From Planctomycetaceae bacterium (GTDB lineage: Bacteria; Planctomycetota; Planctomycetia; Pirellulales; UBA1268), in assembly GCA_046095965.1 (NCBI GenBank), contig JBJTJO010000123.1, forward strand, positions 1-37,926: 37,926 nt of DNA, read 5' to 3'. Positions within the stretch are counted from its first letter, which is position 1. Every line of letters begins with the position of its first letter. This document shows, piece by piece, positions 1-9,261 of the stretch. The notes under the pieces are model-generated. The model worked only from the letters and a program-made list of their open reading frames with translations, searched no databases and was not told where the DNA came from. A program made the translations under genes and the position numbers.

Positions 1-656
1 CCCCCCGACCCAGCCCCCGCGGAGCCGTCCCCGCTCGGTTCCCGCTCGATGGCCAGCGCGAGCGCGCGGCAGACGGGATCGCCGAGGTGTTTGCCTTGGG
101 CGTCGATCTCGGGCTCCACGACCCACTCCGTGAACACGAGCCAGACGCAGGGTGGACCGCCGGCGGCCGCCCCGGCCTGCACGAGTGTCGCCGCGGCCAA
201 GAGGCCCTCGGCGAAGGCGCCCGCGCCGCCGCCGACGCCCAGGTGCGGCCCATGCATGCCGAGGGCGACGCTCACCGCACCGGCCACGGAGTGCAGGGAG
301 CACTGCGGCACGACGTGCGGCGACACGCTCAGGCCGCCACCCGTGGCGAGGTTCGCGAGCGTCCGGGCCGCGCTGAGCCGGCCGATCTGGCAGGAGGCGG
401 ACACGACGGCGTGGCCGGCGATGTCGGCAACGCCACCGCCGCGCGCCACCAGCGCCCGGAGCACGGCATGCATGCCCACCACCGTGTGCTCATCGGCGTG
501 CCGCAGGAACCGCGGCGGCAGCGGGGGAGACCCGGGAGGGCCGGTCTCGTCGCGGAGCGCGGCGAGCTGCGACAGCGGCGCCTCCACCAGGGCGTGACCC
601 GCGATCCAGCAGGCGACCGGCGGCTCGGCACGAGGGTGCGGCTGTGGATCGTTCAT
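1..656 (-). CDS. beta-ketoacyl-ACP synthase-like protein, 5' part only (continues past the left edge)
   Basis: Absent from the supplied ORF track because there is no stop inside the window. Hand translation of the minus strand from the ATG at 656 gives MNDPQPHPRAEPPVACWIAGHALVEAPLSQLAALRDETG...HAVVSASCQIGRLSAARTLANLATGGGLSVSPHVVPQCSLHSVAGAVSVALGMHGPHLGVGGGAGAFAEGLLAAATLVQAG... There is no in-frame stop down to nt 1, and GC3 bias is strong. VSPHVVPQCSLHSVAGAVSVALGMHGPHLGVGGGAG lines up by eye with the FabF segment [38 protein letters not shown], with Gly where the nucleophilic Cys is expected. The gene starts 41 nt downstream of the ACP gene. Confidence 0.5.
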   Translation of the reverse strand, partial: MNDPQPHPRAEPPVACWIAGHALVEAPLSQLAALRDETGPPGSPPLPPRFLRHADEHTVVGMHAVLRALVARGGGVADIAGHAVVSASCQIGRLSAARTLANLATGGGLSVSPHVVPQCSLHSVAGAVSVALGMHGPHLGVGGGAGAFAEGLLAAATLVQAGAAAGGPPCVWLVFTEWVVEPEIDAQGKHLGDPVCRALALAIEREPSGDGSAGAGSG

Positions 657-697
657 GGCGGCGGTCGGACACGGGGACTGACGCGCCGGCAGGGGCG

Positions 698-964
698 TCA
701 GGCCGCGTTCTTGTCGGACTTGGCGGCGATCTTCTTCTCGAGCACGTCGAGCATGTCGCCGACCGAGTGGATCTTCTCGAGCAGTTCGGTCTCGATCTGA
801 ATCTCGAAGCGGCTTTCGATGTGGAGCATGAGGCCGGCCATGTCGAGCGAGTCGAGGTTCAAGCCCTCGCGCAGGGTGGTCGCGTCCGTGAGGTCCGTGT
901 AGGTCTCGCCCGTCTCCTTCTCGAGGAGCTCGAGGACGACTTTCGACAGTTCCGTCCGATCCAT
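698..964 (-). CDS. acyl carrier protein
   Basis: Uses the inner ATG (codon 117 of ORF 698..1312). The 88-aa product MDRTELSKVVLELLEKETGETYTDLTDATTLREGLNLDSLDMAGLMLHIESRF... has ACP size and helix pattern, with the DSL phosphopantetheinyl-serine motif. GGAG lies about 10 nt upstream. The upstream 116 codons of the ORF are Arg/Gly/Pro-rich junk. Confidence 0.9.
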   Translation of the reverse strand: MDRTELSKVVLELLEKETGETYTDLTDATTLREGLNLDSLDMAGLMLHIESRFEIQIETELLEKIHSVGDMLDVLEKKIAAKSDKNAA

Positions 965-1241
965 GGCGGCAACAACTCCGGGGGTGCGTGGGCTTCGACC
1001 CCTGCGCCCATGTCTGGCGCGGCCGGGAGCGTAGCGAAGGGGCCCGTGCGGGCGAAGGGCAAACCCGGGTAGGATAGCGTGTGCCCGAAAAATCCCCCAT
1101 GCCCGCGAATTCCCCTTGTTTCGGCCCCGTCGGGTCCGAAAGTACGCCGGCTGGCCCGGCCCACCACCGCTCCGGCGAGGACCCACTCCGGGCCCATGGT
1201 ATGGGGGGAACCCGGGCGATTTCGCCAGCGGACCCCGCCGC

Positions 1242-1679
1242 ATGACCACGACCGCCCCCTCGCCACCGACTTTCCGCCACTGGCCGGCCCGACTGCTGGG
1301 CGCGCTTGCCACCGGCTACGCGGGCCTGCTCGTCTGGGCGACCCACCATCCGAAGCCCCAGGATTTCCTGGGCCGGCATCCGCCGTCGGACAAGTTCCTC
1401 CACGTCGCGGCCTACGCGATCCTCGGCGCGCTCGTGGCGGCGACGCTCGCCGCCGCGGGCCGGCTCTCGCCACGGATCGGGCTCCGGGCCGGGGCCGCGC
1501 TCGCCGCATTCGGGATCCTTGACGAGGTCACACAGCCGCTGCCGTGGTTCCGCCGGACGGCCGACCCGCTCGACTGGGTCTTCGACCTCGCGGGGATCGT
1601 CCTGGGCATCGCGGCGGTCGCGGCGGTCGCGGCCGTGGCCCGCCGGCTGCGCGCCGGACGCTGGGCAGGCCCTCAGTAA
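1242..1679 (+). CDS. VanZ-like membrane protein
   Basis: Uses the inner ATG at 1242 of ORF 1116..1679. The 145-aa product has four hydrophobic segments. [11 protein letters not shown] and [31 protein letters not shown] match the VanZ-family pattern (DE..Q....R....D...N/D..G). Its end overlaps the convergent uxs gene by 7 nt. Confidence 0.6.
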   Translation: MTTTAPSPPTFRHWPARLLGALATGYAGLLVWATHHPKPQDFLGRHPPSDKFLHVAAYAILGALVAATLAAAGRLSPRIGLRAGAALAAFGILDEVTQPLPWFRRTADPLDWVFDLAGIVLGIAAVAAVAAVARRLRAGRWAGPQ

Positions 1680-2647
1680 TTCGGCGTCGGCGCGCGATAG
1701 TCGGCCAGGTTCACCGACTGAAACCACTCGATCGTCTTCGCCAGCCCCTCGCGCAGGGGCACCTTCGGCTCCCAGCCGAGCCGCGTTTTCGCGAGCGTGA
1801 TGTCGGGCCGGCGCCGCTCGGGGTCGTCCACCGGCAGCGGCTTCTCGACGAGCTTCGACTTCGAGCCCGTGAGCTCGAGCGTGAGCTCCGCGAGCTGCCG
1901 GATCGTGAACTCGCCCGGATTGCCGATGTTGACCGGACCGACGAAGTCGTCCGGACCGTCCATCATCCGGATCATCCCCTCGACGAGGTCGTCGCGGTAA
2001 CAGAAGCTGCGGGTCTGGGCGCCCGTGCCGAAGATCGTGATCGGCTCGCCGAGGAGGGCCTGGCGGATGAAGTTCGAGACCACGCGGCCGTCGTAGGGAT
2101 GCATCCGCGGGCCGTAGGTGTTGAAGATGCGCACGACGCGGACGTTGACCCGGTTGACGCGGTGGTAGTCCATGAACAGGGTCTCGGCGGCCCGCTTGCC
2201 CTCGTCGTAGCACGCGCGCGGGCCGATGGGGTTGACCGCGCCGCGGTAGGTCTCAGGCTGCGGATGCACCTCGGGGTCGCCGTAGACCTCGCTCGTCGAG
2301 GCCTGGAGCACCTTCGCCCGGCAGCGGCGGGCCATGCCGAGCACGTTGATCGCCCCCAGCACGCTCGTCTTCATCGTCTTGATCGGGTTGAACTGGTAGT
2401 GCCCGGGGGACGCGGGGCAGGCGAGGTTGTAGATCTCGTCCACCTCGAGCCAGAGCGGGTGGACGACGTCGTGCCGGATGAGCTCGAAGTTCGGCTTGCC
2501 CAGGAGGTGGGCGACGTTCGACTTCTGGCTGGTGAAGAAGTTGTCGATGCAGACCACGTCATGGCCCGCGGCCACGAGCCGCTCGCAGAGGTGGCTGCCG
2601 AGGAACCCGGCGCCGCCGGTGACGAGGATGCGCTTGAGTGAGGGCAT
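1673..2647 (-). CDS. uxs: UDP-glucuronate decarboxylase (UDP-xylose synthase), extended SDR
   Basis: 324 aa. [18 protein letters not shown] is the Rossmann motif and YDEGKRAAE is the catalytic Yxxx[11 protein letters not shown] and the overall layout are typical of UXS-type decarboxylases. Confidence 0.9.
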   Translation of the reverse strand: MPSLKRILVTGGAGFLGSHLCERLVAAGHDVVCIDNFFTSQKSNVAHLLGKPNFELIRHDVVHPLWLEVDEIYNLACPASPGHYQFNPIKTMKTSVLGAINVLGMARRCRAKVLQASTSEVYGDPEVHPQPETYRGAVNPIGPRACYDEGKRAAETLFMDYHRVNRVNVRVVRIFNTYGPRMHPYDGRVVSNFIRQALLGEPITIFGTGAQTRSFCYRDDLVEGMIRMMDGPDDFVGPVNIGNPGEFTIRQLAELTLELTGSKSKLVEKPLPVDDPERRRPDITLAKTRLGWEPKVPLREGLAKTIEWFQSVNLADYRAPTPNY

Positions 2648-2767
2648 GGGACGGTCCGCGGATCGACGAGCGGCTGCGGTCGGACGCTTTCAGGAGCCCC
2701 GGCCGAGTGGTAGTGTACCGATCGGGAACGCCGCTGCACGCGTCCCGTCCGCGTGGTGATCCTCGTC

Positions 2768-3703
2768 ATGTCCGATCGCGTCGATCGCCGCACCGCCCTC
2801 AGGACCGCCGCGGCCACCGGGGCCGCGGCCCTGGCCATGCCCGCCACGTTCATACCCCCAGCCCAAGGAGCCGTCGCCGTGAAGGGTCGCATCAAGCAGT
2901 CACTCGTGTTCTGGTGCTACCACATTGCCGGCGACAAGTGGGACCTCGAGAAGACCTGCCAGGTCGCCAAGGACCTCGGCTGTGGCTCGATCGAGCTCAC
3001 GGAGCCTTCCCAGTGGCCGACGCTCAAGAAGCACGGCCTCACCTGCGCCATCGCCCCCAACGGCATGCCGGGCGCGCCCTTCATGAAGGGGCTCAACAAC
3101 CCGCGCTACCAGGACGAGGTGATCGCGCGGACGACCGAGATGATCGACGCCTGCGCGGCCGCGGGCGTGCCCGCGGTGATCGCCTTCACCGGCTACCGGT
3201 GGCGCGACGCCGAGGATCCGAAGAGCGGCGAGATTCCGGCGGCCGAGGGGGCGGCCAACTGCGTGGCGGCGCTCAAAAAACTCGCGCCGCACGCCGAGAA
3301 GCAGGGCGTCACCATCTGCCTCGAGCACCTCAACACCCGCGACGACACGCACCCGATGAAGGGTCACCCGGGCTACCAGGGGGACGACATCGACTACGTC
3401 GCGAACATCATCCGGTCGGCCGGCTCGCCGCGCGTGAAGCTGCTCTTCGACTTCTACCACGTGCAGGTGATGAACGGCGACCTGATCCGGCGGGTCGAGC
3501 AGTGCAAGGACGTGATCGGCCACATCCACGTCGCGGGCAATCCCGGCCGCGGCGAACTCGACGAGGCGCAGGAGATCAACTATCCGCCGCTGATGCGGAA
3601 GCTCCTCGACATGGGCTACACCGGCTGGGTGGGACAGGAATTCATCCCCACGCGGGACGCCCTGGCAGGACTGAAGCAGGCGGTCTCGCTCTGCGACGTG
3701 TGA
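2768..3703 (+). CDS. hydroxypyruvate-isomerase-like / sugar phosphate isomerase-epimerase (xylose isomerase-like TIM barrel) with a Tat signal
   Basis: Uses the inner ATG at 2768 (the track ORF begins at a GTG at 2753). The N-terminus MSDRVDRRTALRTAAATGAAALAMPA is a twin-arginine signal. CLEHLN, GHIHVAGNPGR.ELD and GWVGQEF are typical of Hyi/AP-endonuclease-2 TIM-barrel proteins. Confidence 0.8.
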   Translation: MSDRVDRRTALRTAAATGAAALAMPATFIPPAQGAVAVKGRIKQSLVFWCYHIAGDKWDLEKTCQVAKDLGCGSIELTEPSQWPTLKKHGLTCAIAPNGMPGAPFMKGLNNPRYQDEVIARTTEMIDACAAAGVPAVIAFTGYRWRDAEDPKSGEIPAAEGAANCVAALKKLAPHAEKQGVTICLEHLNTRDDTHPMKGHPGYQGDDIDYVANIIRSAGSPRVKLLFDFYHVQVMNGDLIRRVEQCKDVIGHIHVAGNPGRGELDEAQEINYPPLMRKLLDMGYTGWVGQEFIPTRDALAGLKQAVSLCDV

Positions 3704-3704
3704 C

Positions 3705-4967
3705 TCACGGCCGCGCGAGGATGATCCGCACGTCGCACACGTTCGTGCCCGTGGGGCCGGTGACGACGAGGCCGCCCGCGGCCGCGAGGAGCGGGTAGGC
3801 GTCGCGCCGGGCCCGGGCCCCCGCGACGTCGAGGCCCGCCGCGGCGATCGCTGCGGCCACTCCGGCGTCGATGCAGCCACCCGCCGCCGTGGTCGGGCCA
3901 TCCTCGCCGTCGGTGCCGAGGCTCTCGATGAGCAGCCCATCCGGCCAGCCGCCGCGAGTCTGGAGGGCCTCGAGCGCCGCGACCACGGTCTGCTGGTTGC
4001 GGCCGCCGACCCCGTGATCGTCCGGCAGCACCACGGTCGATTCGCCCCCCTCGACGCGCGCGCGGGGCCGGCCGTCCCGCCGCGCCGCCGTCAGGAGGCC
4101 GATGCCCTCCGCGGCGAGCCGGCGCCCCACGTCGTCGGCGGCCGCCTGCGTCGGCGAATCCGGCAGCGCGTGCCGCTCGAGCACGTCGTAGCCGAGCGTT
4201 CGCGCGTGCCGCGCCGCCGCATCGACGGCCGTGGCGTTCGTGCCCACGACGACATGCCGCACGACGCAGCCGGAGGGCGTCGTCCAGGCTCCGGCCGGCG
4301 CCGTCGGCACGCCCGGCATGCACGGCCCGGAGGCGATCACGTCGAGATCGCCCCCGATCACGTCGGAGAGCACGAGCACGAGGAGCCGTCCGGCCCGGCA
4401 CGCCCGCGCGAGGCCGCCCATCTTCACCGCGCTCAACTCGCGGCGGGCGGCGTTGAGCGCGGCGATGTCGGCGCCGGATGCCGCAAGCCGCTGCGTGAGC
4501 GCGCTGATGTCGGCGAGGGCGACGCCCGCACGGGGCGCCTCGAGGAGCGCCGACCCGCCCCCGCTGACGACGGCGATCGCGAGGTCCCGCGGCCCGAGCG
4601 CGGCGAGCATGTCGAGTATCTCGCGGGTGGCCCGCTCGACCGCGGCCGTCGGCAGGTTCGCGCGCCCGGGCCGCGTCGCGCGGACCTCGATCCGGGTGAG
4701 GCTCACCTGCGTCCCCTCCGGCACGCTGACGAGCCCGCTCACCCGGTGACGCTCGAGACGCAAGGCCCCGAACGCCGCTGCGACGCCCGCCGCCATGCCC
4801 GCGGCCGCCTTGCCCGCCCCGACCACGACGACCCGCTCGATGCCCCCGAGGTCGAGCACTCCCGGGACCGACAGGGCGGCCGCCACGAGCGATGCGGGGT
4901 CGCACGCGGCGATGGCGGCGTTGCGAATCGCGGTGGCGTCGGCCCGGAGTGCCGTCGGGTCGCCCAT
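3705..4967 (-). CDS. glycerate 2-kinase / hydroxypyruvate reductase family (DUF4147-MOFRL, TtuD-type)
   Basis: Uses the inner ATG at 4967 (codon 165 of ORF 3705..5459). VVVGAGKAAAGMA, VSGGGSALLE and SLGTDGEDGPTTAAGG are family motifs. Its start overlaps the stop of the upstream gene (TGATG). It is convergent with the isomerase gene, with 1 nt between the stops. Confidence 0.8.
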   Translation of the reverse strand: MGDPTALRADATAIRNAAIAACDPASLVAAALSVPGVLDLGGIERVVVVGAGKAAAGMAAGVAAAFGALRLERHRVSGLVSVPEGTQVSLTRIEVRATRPGRANLPTAAVERATREILDMLAALGPRDLAIAVVSGGGSALLEAPRAGVALADISALTQRLAASGADIAALNAARRELSAVKMGGLARACRAGRLLVLVLSDVIGGDLDVIASGPCMPGVPTAPAGAWTTPSGCVVRHVVVGTNATAVDAAARHARTLGYDVLERHALPDSPTQAAADDVGRRLAAEGIGLLTAARRDGRPRARVEGGESTVVLPDDHGVGGRNQQTVVAALEALQTRGGWPDGLLIESLGTDGEDGPTTAAGGCIDAGVAAAIAAAGLDVAGARARRDAYPLLAAAGGLVVTGPTGTNVCDVRIILARP

Positions 4968-5821
4968 CACTCGGCCGTGTCCGCGGGAAACCGCTTCGGG
5001 TCGAACCGCGCGAGGTCGATGCCGCCGCGCGCCTCCTCCTCGAGGAGCCTGACCCGCATCTCGAGCCGCTCGAGCCGGCGGGCGAGCAGGGCCGGCGACT
5101 CCTCCGGCGGCGCCGGCCGCGGCGGCCGCGGCACGGCCGGGTAGCCGAGCTGCCGCTGCAGCGCCGCGAAGAAGAAGAGCGGGTCCTTGCCGCGGTTGGC
5201 CCGCGCGATCCGCCCCTCCTTCTCGCCGAACAAGATCGCGCGATCGGGCGTCGGCGGCTCGCGGCCCGCGAGCAGGGCCTCGCGCTTCTCGAGCCGCCAG
5301 TACTCCGGGCTGCGGACCGCCACGAGGTCGGCGAGATCGACGAGGCCCACCTGCCGGGCGACGGTGCCGATCCACGACCGCCATTCGGCGTCGAAGAGCG
5401 GGTCGGCGGCGACGGCGGCGAGACCCCGGGCCCAGTCGAGCCGGTTGCGCGACAGGCACTCGAAGCGGTAGAGGAAGAGGCCCTGCGGCGTGGCCCCCTC
5501 GGCGCGATAACCCGCCTCGCGCTCGAGGATCGCCAGCGCCGTGCGCATGTCGAAGCGTCCCCCCTCCTCCTCGGCGGCCGCGATCACGAACGTCTGGAAG
5601 GCCGTGAAGTAGTGGGGGATGCGGGCCATCGCCGTGGACAGCGTGCCCACGAGCTTGAGTTCGCCGACGAGGTAGTCCACCGCCATCGGCAGCTTCGTCG
5701 TCGCCAGGACCTCCTGGGCGATCGCGGCGAGCGCCTCCTGCGCGGCGATTCCGGCGGTGACCCGCTCCGCGAGCGCCCGGAAGAGGTGGGCCTGCTCGAT
5801 GTATTCCTCACGGTCGAGCAT
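4967..5821 (-). CDS. conserved-looking hypothetical protein (284 aa), translationally coupled to glycerate kinase
   Basis: Uses the inner ATG at 5821 (codon 34 of ORF 4967..5920). MLDREEYIEQAHLFRALAERV... has balanced, helix-rich composition, and the C-terminus has a Pro-rich linker followed by LERLEMRVRLLEEEARGG. GC3 bias is strong. I recognise no family. Confidence 0.6.
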   Translation of the reverse strand: MLDREEYIEQAHLFRALAERVTAGIAAQEALAAIAQEVLATTKLPMAVDYLVGELKLVGTLSTAMARIPHYFTAFQTFVIAAAEEEGGRFDMRTALAILEREAGYRAEGATPQGLFLYRFECLSRNRLDWARGLAAVAADPLFDAEWRSWIGTVARQVGLVDLADLVAVRSPEYWRLEKREALLAGREPPTPDRAILFGEKEGRIARANRGKDPLFFFAALQRQLGYPAVPRPPRPAPPEESPALLARRLERLEMRVRLLEEEARGGIDLARFDPKRFPADTAE

Positions 5822-5958
5822 CGGTCGCACCGGTCGGGACGGACGTGACGTGGCCTGCCCGGGGGCCGGGCCGCCGGCCCCGGGGAACCGCATCCTATAA
5901 TTCGGGCGGAGCGGCCGCATGGCGTCCGCCCCGGTTCGGAACCGCAGGGATCCCGCGC

Positions 5959-7167
5959 ATGCCCGCCCGCTTCTCCACGATCGAGGCCGCCGTCGCCGAC
6001 ATCCGCCGCGGAAAGGTCGTGATCGTGGTCGATGCCGAGGACCGCGAGAACGAGGGGGACTTCGTCTGCGCGGCCGACAAGGCCACGCCGGAAGTCGTGA
6101 ACTTCATGATCACCCACGGCCGCGGGCAGGTCTGCATGTCGATCCTGCCCGACGTGGCCCGGCGGCTCGACCTGCCGCCGATGGTGCAGGCCAACTCGAC
6201 GCCGCTCGGCACGGCCTTCACCGTGCCGGTGGACCACCGCACCGCCCGCACCGGCATCACCGCGGCCGAGCGGGCCACCGCCATCGCCGCGATCCTCGAC
6301 CCCGAGAGCCGGCCCGGCGACTTCGTGCGGCCGGGCCATCTCTTCCCGCTCCTGGCCAAGGAGGGGGGCGTGCTCCGCCGCGCCGGCCACACCGAGGCGG
6401 CCGTCGATCTCGCCCGGCTCGCGGGCGCACCGCCGGCCGGGGTGCTCTGCGAGATCCTCGACGAGGCGGGCAACCGCGCCGACCGCGCGGCACTCTTCGC
6501 GCTCGCCCGCGAGCACGGGCTCGAGATCATCTCCATCGAGCAGCTCATCCGCCACCGACGGAACCGGGAGAAGCTCGTCGAGCGGATCGCCGAGGCCGAC
6601 CTGCCGACCAGGTGGGGCCGCTTCCGCGTCATGGCCTACGGCGTGAAATACGAGGCGCAGCAGCCGATCGTGCTCGTGATGGGCGACGTGACCGGCGTGG
6701 TGGCACCGCTCGTGCGCCTCCACTCGTCGTGCTTCACGGGCGACCTGCTCGACAGCCTGCGCTGCGACTGCGGCGACCAACTCCACCTCGCGCTCGACAT
6801 GATCGGCCGCGAGGGGACGGGGGTGCTCGTCTACCTCCCGCAGGAGGGGCGCGGCATCGGCCTCGTGGAGAAGATCCGGGCCTACGCGCTGCAGGACCAG
6901 GGACTCGACACCGTGGAGGCCAACCTCGCGCTCGGCTTCAAGGCCGACGCCCGCGACTATGGCGTGGGCATCCAGCTGCTCAAGGACCTGGGACTCAGGC
7001 GGGTGCGGCTGCTCACGAACAACCCCAAGAAGACCGACGCCTTCATCTACGGCGGCTTCGATCTCGAGGTCGTGGACCAGGTGCCGATCCTGCCGCCCGT
7101 GCACGAGTTCAATGAGCGCTACCTGGCCACGAAGCGCGAGAAGCTCGGCCACCGGTTTCCGCAATGA
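5959..7167 (+). CDS. ribBA: bifunctional 3,4-dihydroxy-2-butanone-4-phosphate synthase / GTP cyclohydrolase II
   Basis: Uses the inner ATG at 5959 (codon 39 of ORF 5845..7167). DAEDRENEGDFV and GHTEAAVDLARLAG are DHBP synthase motifs. RLHSSCFTGDLLDSLRCDCGDQL and QEGRGIGL are GTP cyclohydrolase II motifs. Confidence 0.95.
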   Translation: MPARFSTIEAAVADIRRGKVVIVVDAEDRENEGDFVCAADKATPEVVNFMITHGRGQVCMSILPDVARRLDLPPMVQANSTPLGTAFTVPVDHRTARTGITAAERATAIAAILDPESRPGDFVRPGHLFPLLAKEGGVLRRAGHTEAAVDLARLAGAPPAGVLCEILDEAGNRADRAALFALAREHGLEIISIEQLIRHRRNREKLVERIAEADLPTRWGRFRVMAYGVKYEAQQPIVLVMGDVTGVVAPLVRLHSSCFTGDLLDSLRCDCGDQLHLALDMIGREGTGVLVYLPQEGRGIGLVEKIRAYALQDQGLDTVEANLALGFKADARDYGVGIQLLKDLGLRRVRLLTNNPKKTDAFIYGGFDLEVVDQVPILPPVHEFNERYLATKREKLGHRFPQ

Positions 7168-7247
7168 TCGGCAGCCGGGCCCGGACGGTTGACCCGGCCG
7201 CGCGGGGCCCCGTAGCATCGCCGAACGACGGCCGCAGGGAGAAGCGC

Positions 7248-9182
7248 ATGCGTGCAGGGAACTCCGCGATCCCGCTCGTGCTCGTCGCGGTCGCCGCCAT
7301 GACCGGCTGCCGCCGCGGGACGGCCGAGCCCGCGCTGCCTCCGCCCGAGGCGACCGGAGTGGGGGCCGCCGCGGGCGCGGTGCCGCCCGAGCGCGGCCGA
7401 GTCGCGTTCGCCCGCCCGGAGTCGCTCGCCGCGCTCGAGCGGCAGGTGACGTGGGTCGATCGGCCGGTCCGCGACCCGCGCGAGCCCCGTTCCCCGGACG
7501 AGGCGTCCGAGCCGACGGCCGTCGCCGAGGCGCTCGCGATCCCCAACGACTCGCCCCAGGACAACGCCCGCCTCCTGGCCGCGCTGTTCCACCCGCCGGA
7601 GCCCGGGGCCCGGGCCAACGTGGACCGCGTCCGTCGTCACCTGGCCGCCGAGGTCGCCAGCCTCAACCCCGTGCTCGCCGAGACGACGGGTGAGTTCGAC
7701 GTCGCGGAACTCACCGGCGTCGGCCTGTTCGGATTCGACCGGGAGCTCTCCCCCTTCGCCAACGCCGACACCGTGCGGAGTTGGCAGTCGAGCGCCGACG
7801 GCCTCATCGACAAGGTCGTGCTGCGGGACGATCTGACCTGGAGCGACGGCATTCCGATCACGGCCCACGACGTGGCCTTCACCTGGCAGGTCATCATCGA
7901 CCGGAGGGTGCCGGCCCGCGCCTTTCGCGACGGTGCCGCGCGGATTCGCGGCGTGCATGCCTACGACGATCGGACCGTCGTCTTCTTCCGCGCGGAGCCG
8001 CTGGCGACGAACGCCGGGGACATCGACTTCCCGGTGCTGCCGCGCCACCGGTATGCCGACTCGTGGGAGCGCGACCCCACGCTCGCGTCGAGCGCCGAGC
8101 ACGCCGCGCTCGAGGCCCGGCCGGTCACCGGGGGCCCCTACGAGGTCGCGTCGCGGGACGCGGGACGCGAGATCGTGCTCCGGCGCCGGGCCGGTTGGTC
8201 CACCGTGCGCGGCCGGCGGGTCCGCGAGGCCGCGCCCTTCGCGGAAATCCGGTTCCTGGTCGTCGAGGATCCCGACGCGGCGCTCGAGGCGCTCGAGGCC
8301 GGCGACCTCGACGAGGCGTTGCTCACGCCGCGGCAATGGGCGACCGGCACCACGCACCCCGAATTCTCCGACCGCCTCACCAAGGTGATGGCCCCGACAT
8401 GGCGCAGCTATCAGATCGCCTGGAACCTCGACGCGCCGGTGTTCGCGGACCGGCGGGTGCGCCGGGCCATGGGCTACGCCATCGACCATTCCCGCCTGCT
8501 CGACACCCTCTGCCACGGGCTCGCCGCGCCGGCGAGCGGCGCCTTTCCCCCGGGCTCGTGGCCGAACGCCCGCCGACGGTTCGAGCCGTACCGCCAGGAT
8601 CTCGACAACGCCGAGGCGCTCCTCGACGAGGCCGGCTGGGGCGACCACGACGGCGACCGCGTGCGCGACCGGGAAATCGCGGGCCGTCGCGTGCCGTTCG
8701 AGTTCACGATCCTCTGCGACCACCGGCCGTTCCAGGTGGCGATCTGCACGCTGGTGCGGGACTGCCTGGCCCGCGTCGGCGTGAACTGTGTCGTGGACGC
8801 CGTCGAGCCCGGCGTGCTGCGGGAGAGGCTCGCGGGGCGGCAGTTCGACGCGTGCCTCGTCTCCTGGGTCGGCGGCGTCGATCCCGATGCCGCCGAGAGC
8901 CTCTGGGGGAGCACCGGCGCCCGCAACCACTGCGGCTACGCCAACGCCGACGTCGATCGCCTGTTCGTCGAGGGCCGCCGGGAGCGCGATCGGGACCGGC
9001 GGGCCGTGACGTACGCCCGTATCGAGGACCTCCTCGCCGAGGACCAGCCCTGCACGTGGCTGTTCTGGCTGCAGGAGTCCCGCGCCCTCGCGAAGCGGGT
9101 CGCGAGCGACGCCTTCGACCTCCGTGGAGCCGCCCACTGGGCACCGGGTCTGACGAGCCTGCGGCAGCTCACCCTGGATTGA
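7248..9182 (+). CDS. ABC transporter substrate-binding lipoprotein, family 5 (peptide/nickel type)
   Basis: Start at ATG 7248, preceded by AGGGAGAAG. MRAGNSAIPLVLVAVAAMTGC is a lipoprotein signal with a lipobox Cys. The body (WSDGIPITAHDVAFTW, VTGGPYEV, FLVVEDPDAALEALEAGDLD, VRRAMGYAIDH) follows the SBP_bac_5 pattern. An alternative ATG at 7164 (ATGA overlap with ribBA) would add 28 non-signal-like residues. Confidence 0.85.
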   Translation: MRAGNSAIPLVLVAVAAMTGCRRGTAEPALPPPEATGVGAAAGAVPPERGRVAFARPESLAALERQVTWVDRPVRDPREPRSPDEASEPTAVAEALAIPNDSPQDNARLLAALFHPPEPGARANVDRVRRHLAAEVASLNPVLAETTGEFDVAELTGVGLFGFDRELSPFANADTVRSWQSSADGLIDKVVLRDDLTWSDGIPITAHDVAFTWQVIIDRRVPARAFRDGAARIRGVHAYDDRTVVFFRAEPLATNAGDIDFPVLPRHRYADSWERDPTLASSAEHAALEARPVTGGPYEVASRDAGREIVLRRRAGWSTVRGRRVREAAPFAEIRFLVVEDPDAALEALEAGDLDEALLTPRQWATGTTHPEFSDRLTKVMAPTWRSYQIAWNLDAPVFADRRVRRAMGYAIDHSRLLDTLCHGLAAPASGAFPPGSWPNARRRFEPYRQDLDNAEALLDEAGWGDHDGDRVRDREIAGRRVPFEFTILCDHRPFQVAICTLVRDCLARVGVNCVVDAVEPGVLRERLAGRQFDACLVSWVGGVDPDAAESLWGSTGARNHCGYANADVDRLFVEGRRERDRDRRAVTYARIEDLLAEDQPCTWLFWLQESRALAKRVASDAFDLRGAAHWAPGLTSLRQLTLD

Positions 9183-9261
9183 TCCATAGCGCCGGCGGGC
9201 TGATCCCCGGCCGGGGCCCATGTATGATGGAACGGCATTCGCCGGGGTCGCGGAGTCGCCC

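Noticed and set aside
5822-5958. Possible FMN (RFN) riboswitch upstream of ribBA
   Set aside because: The 137-nt divergent intergenic region lacks the conserved RFN blocks as I remember them (GGGGCAGGGUGAAAUUCCC, CCGACAGU, AGUCUGGAUG). It also has to hold the promoter of the divergent gene.
7164-7247. Alternative start of the solute-binding protein at ATG 7164 (ATGA overlap with the ribBA stop)
   Set aside because: It would add 28 residues ahead of a perfect lipoprotein signal peptide. The ATG at 7248 has an AGGGAGAAG ribosome-binding site. The longer form cannot be excluded.
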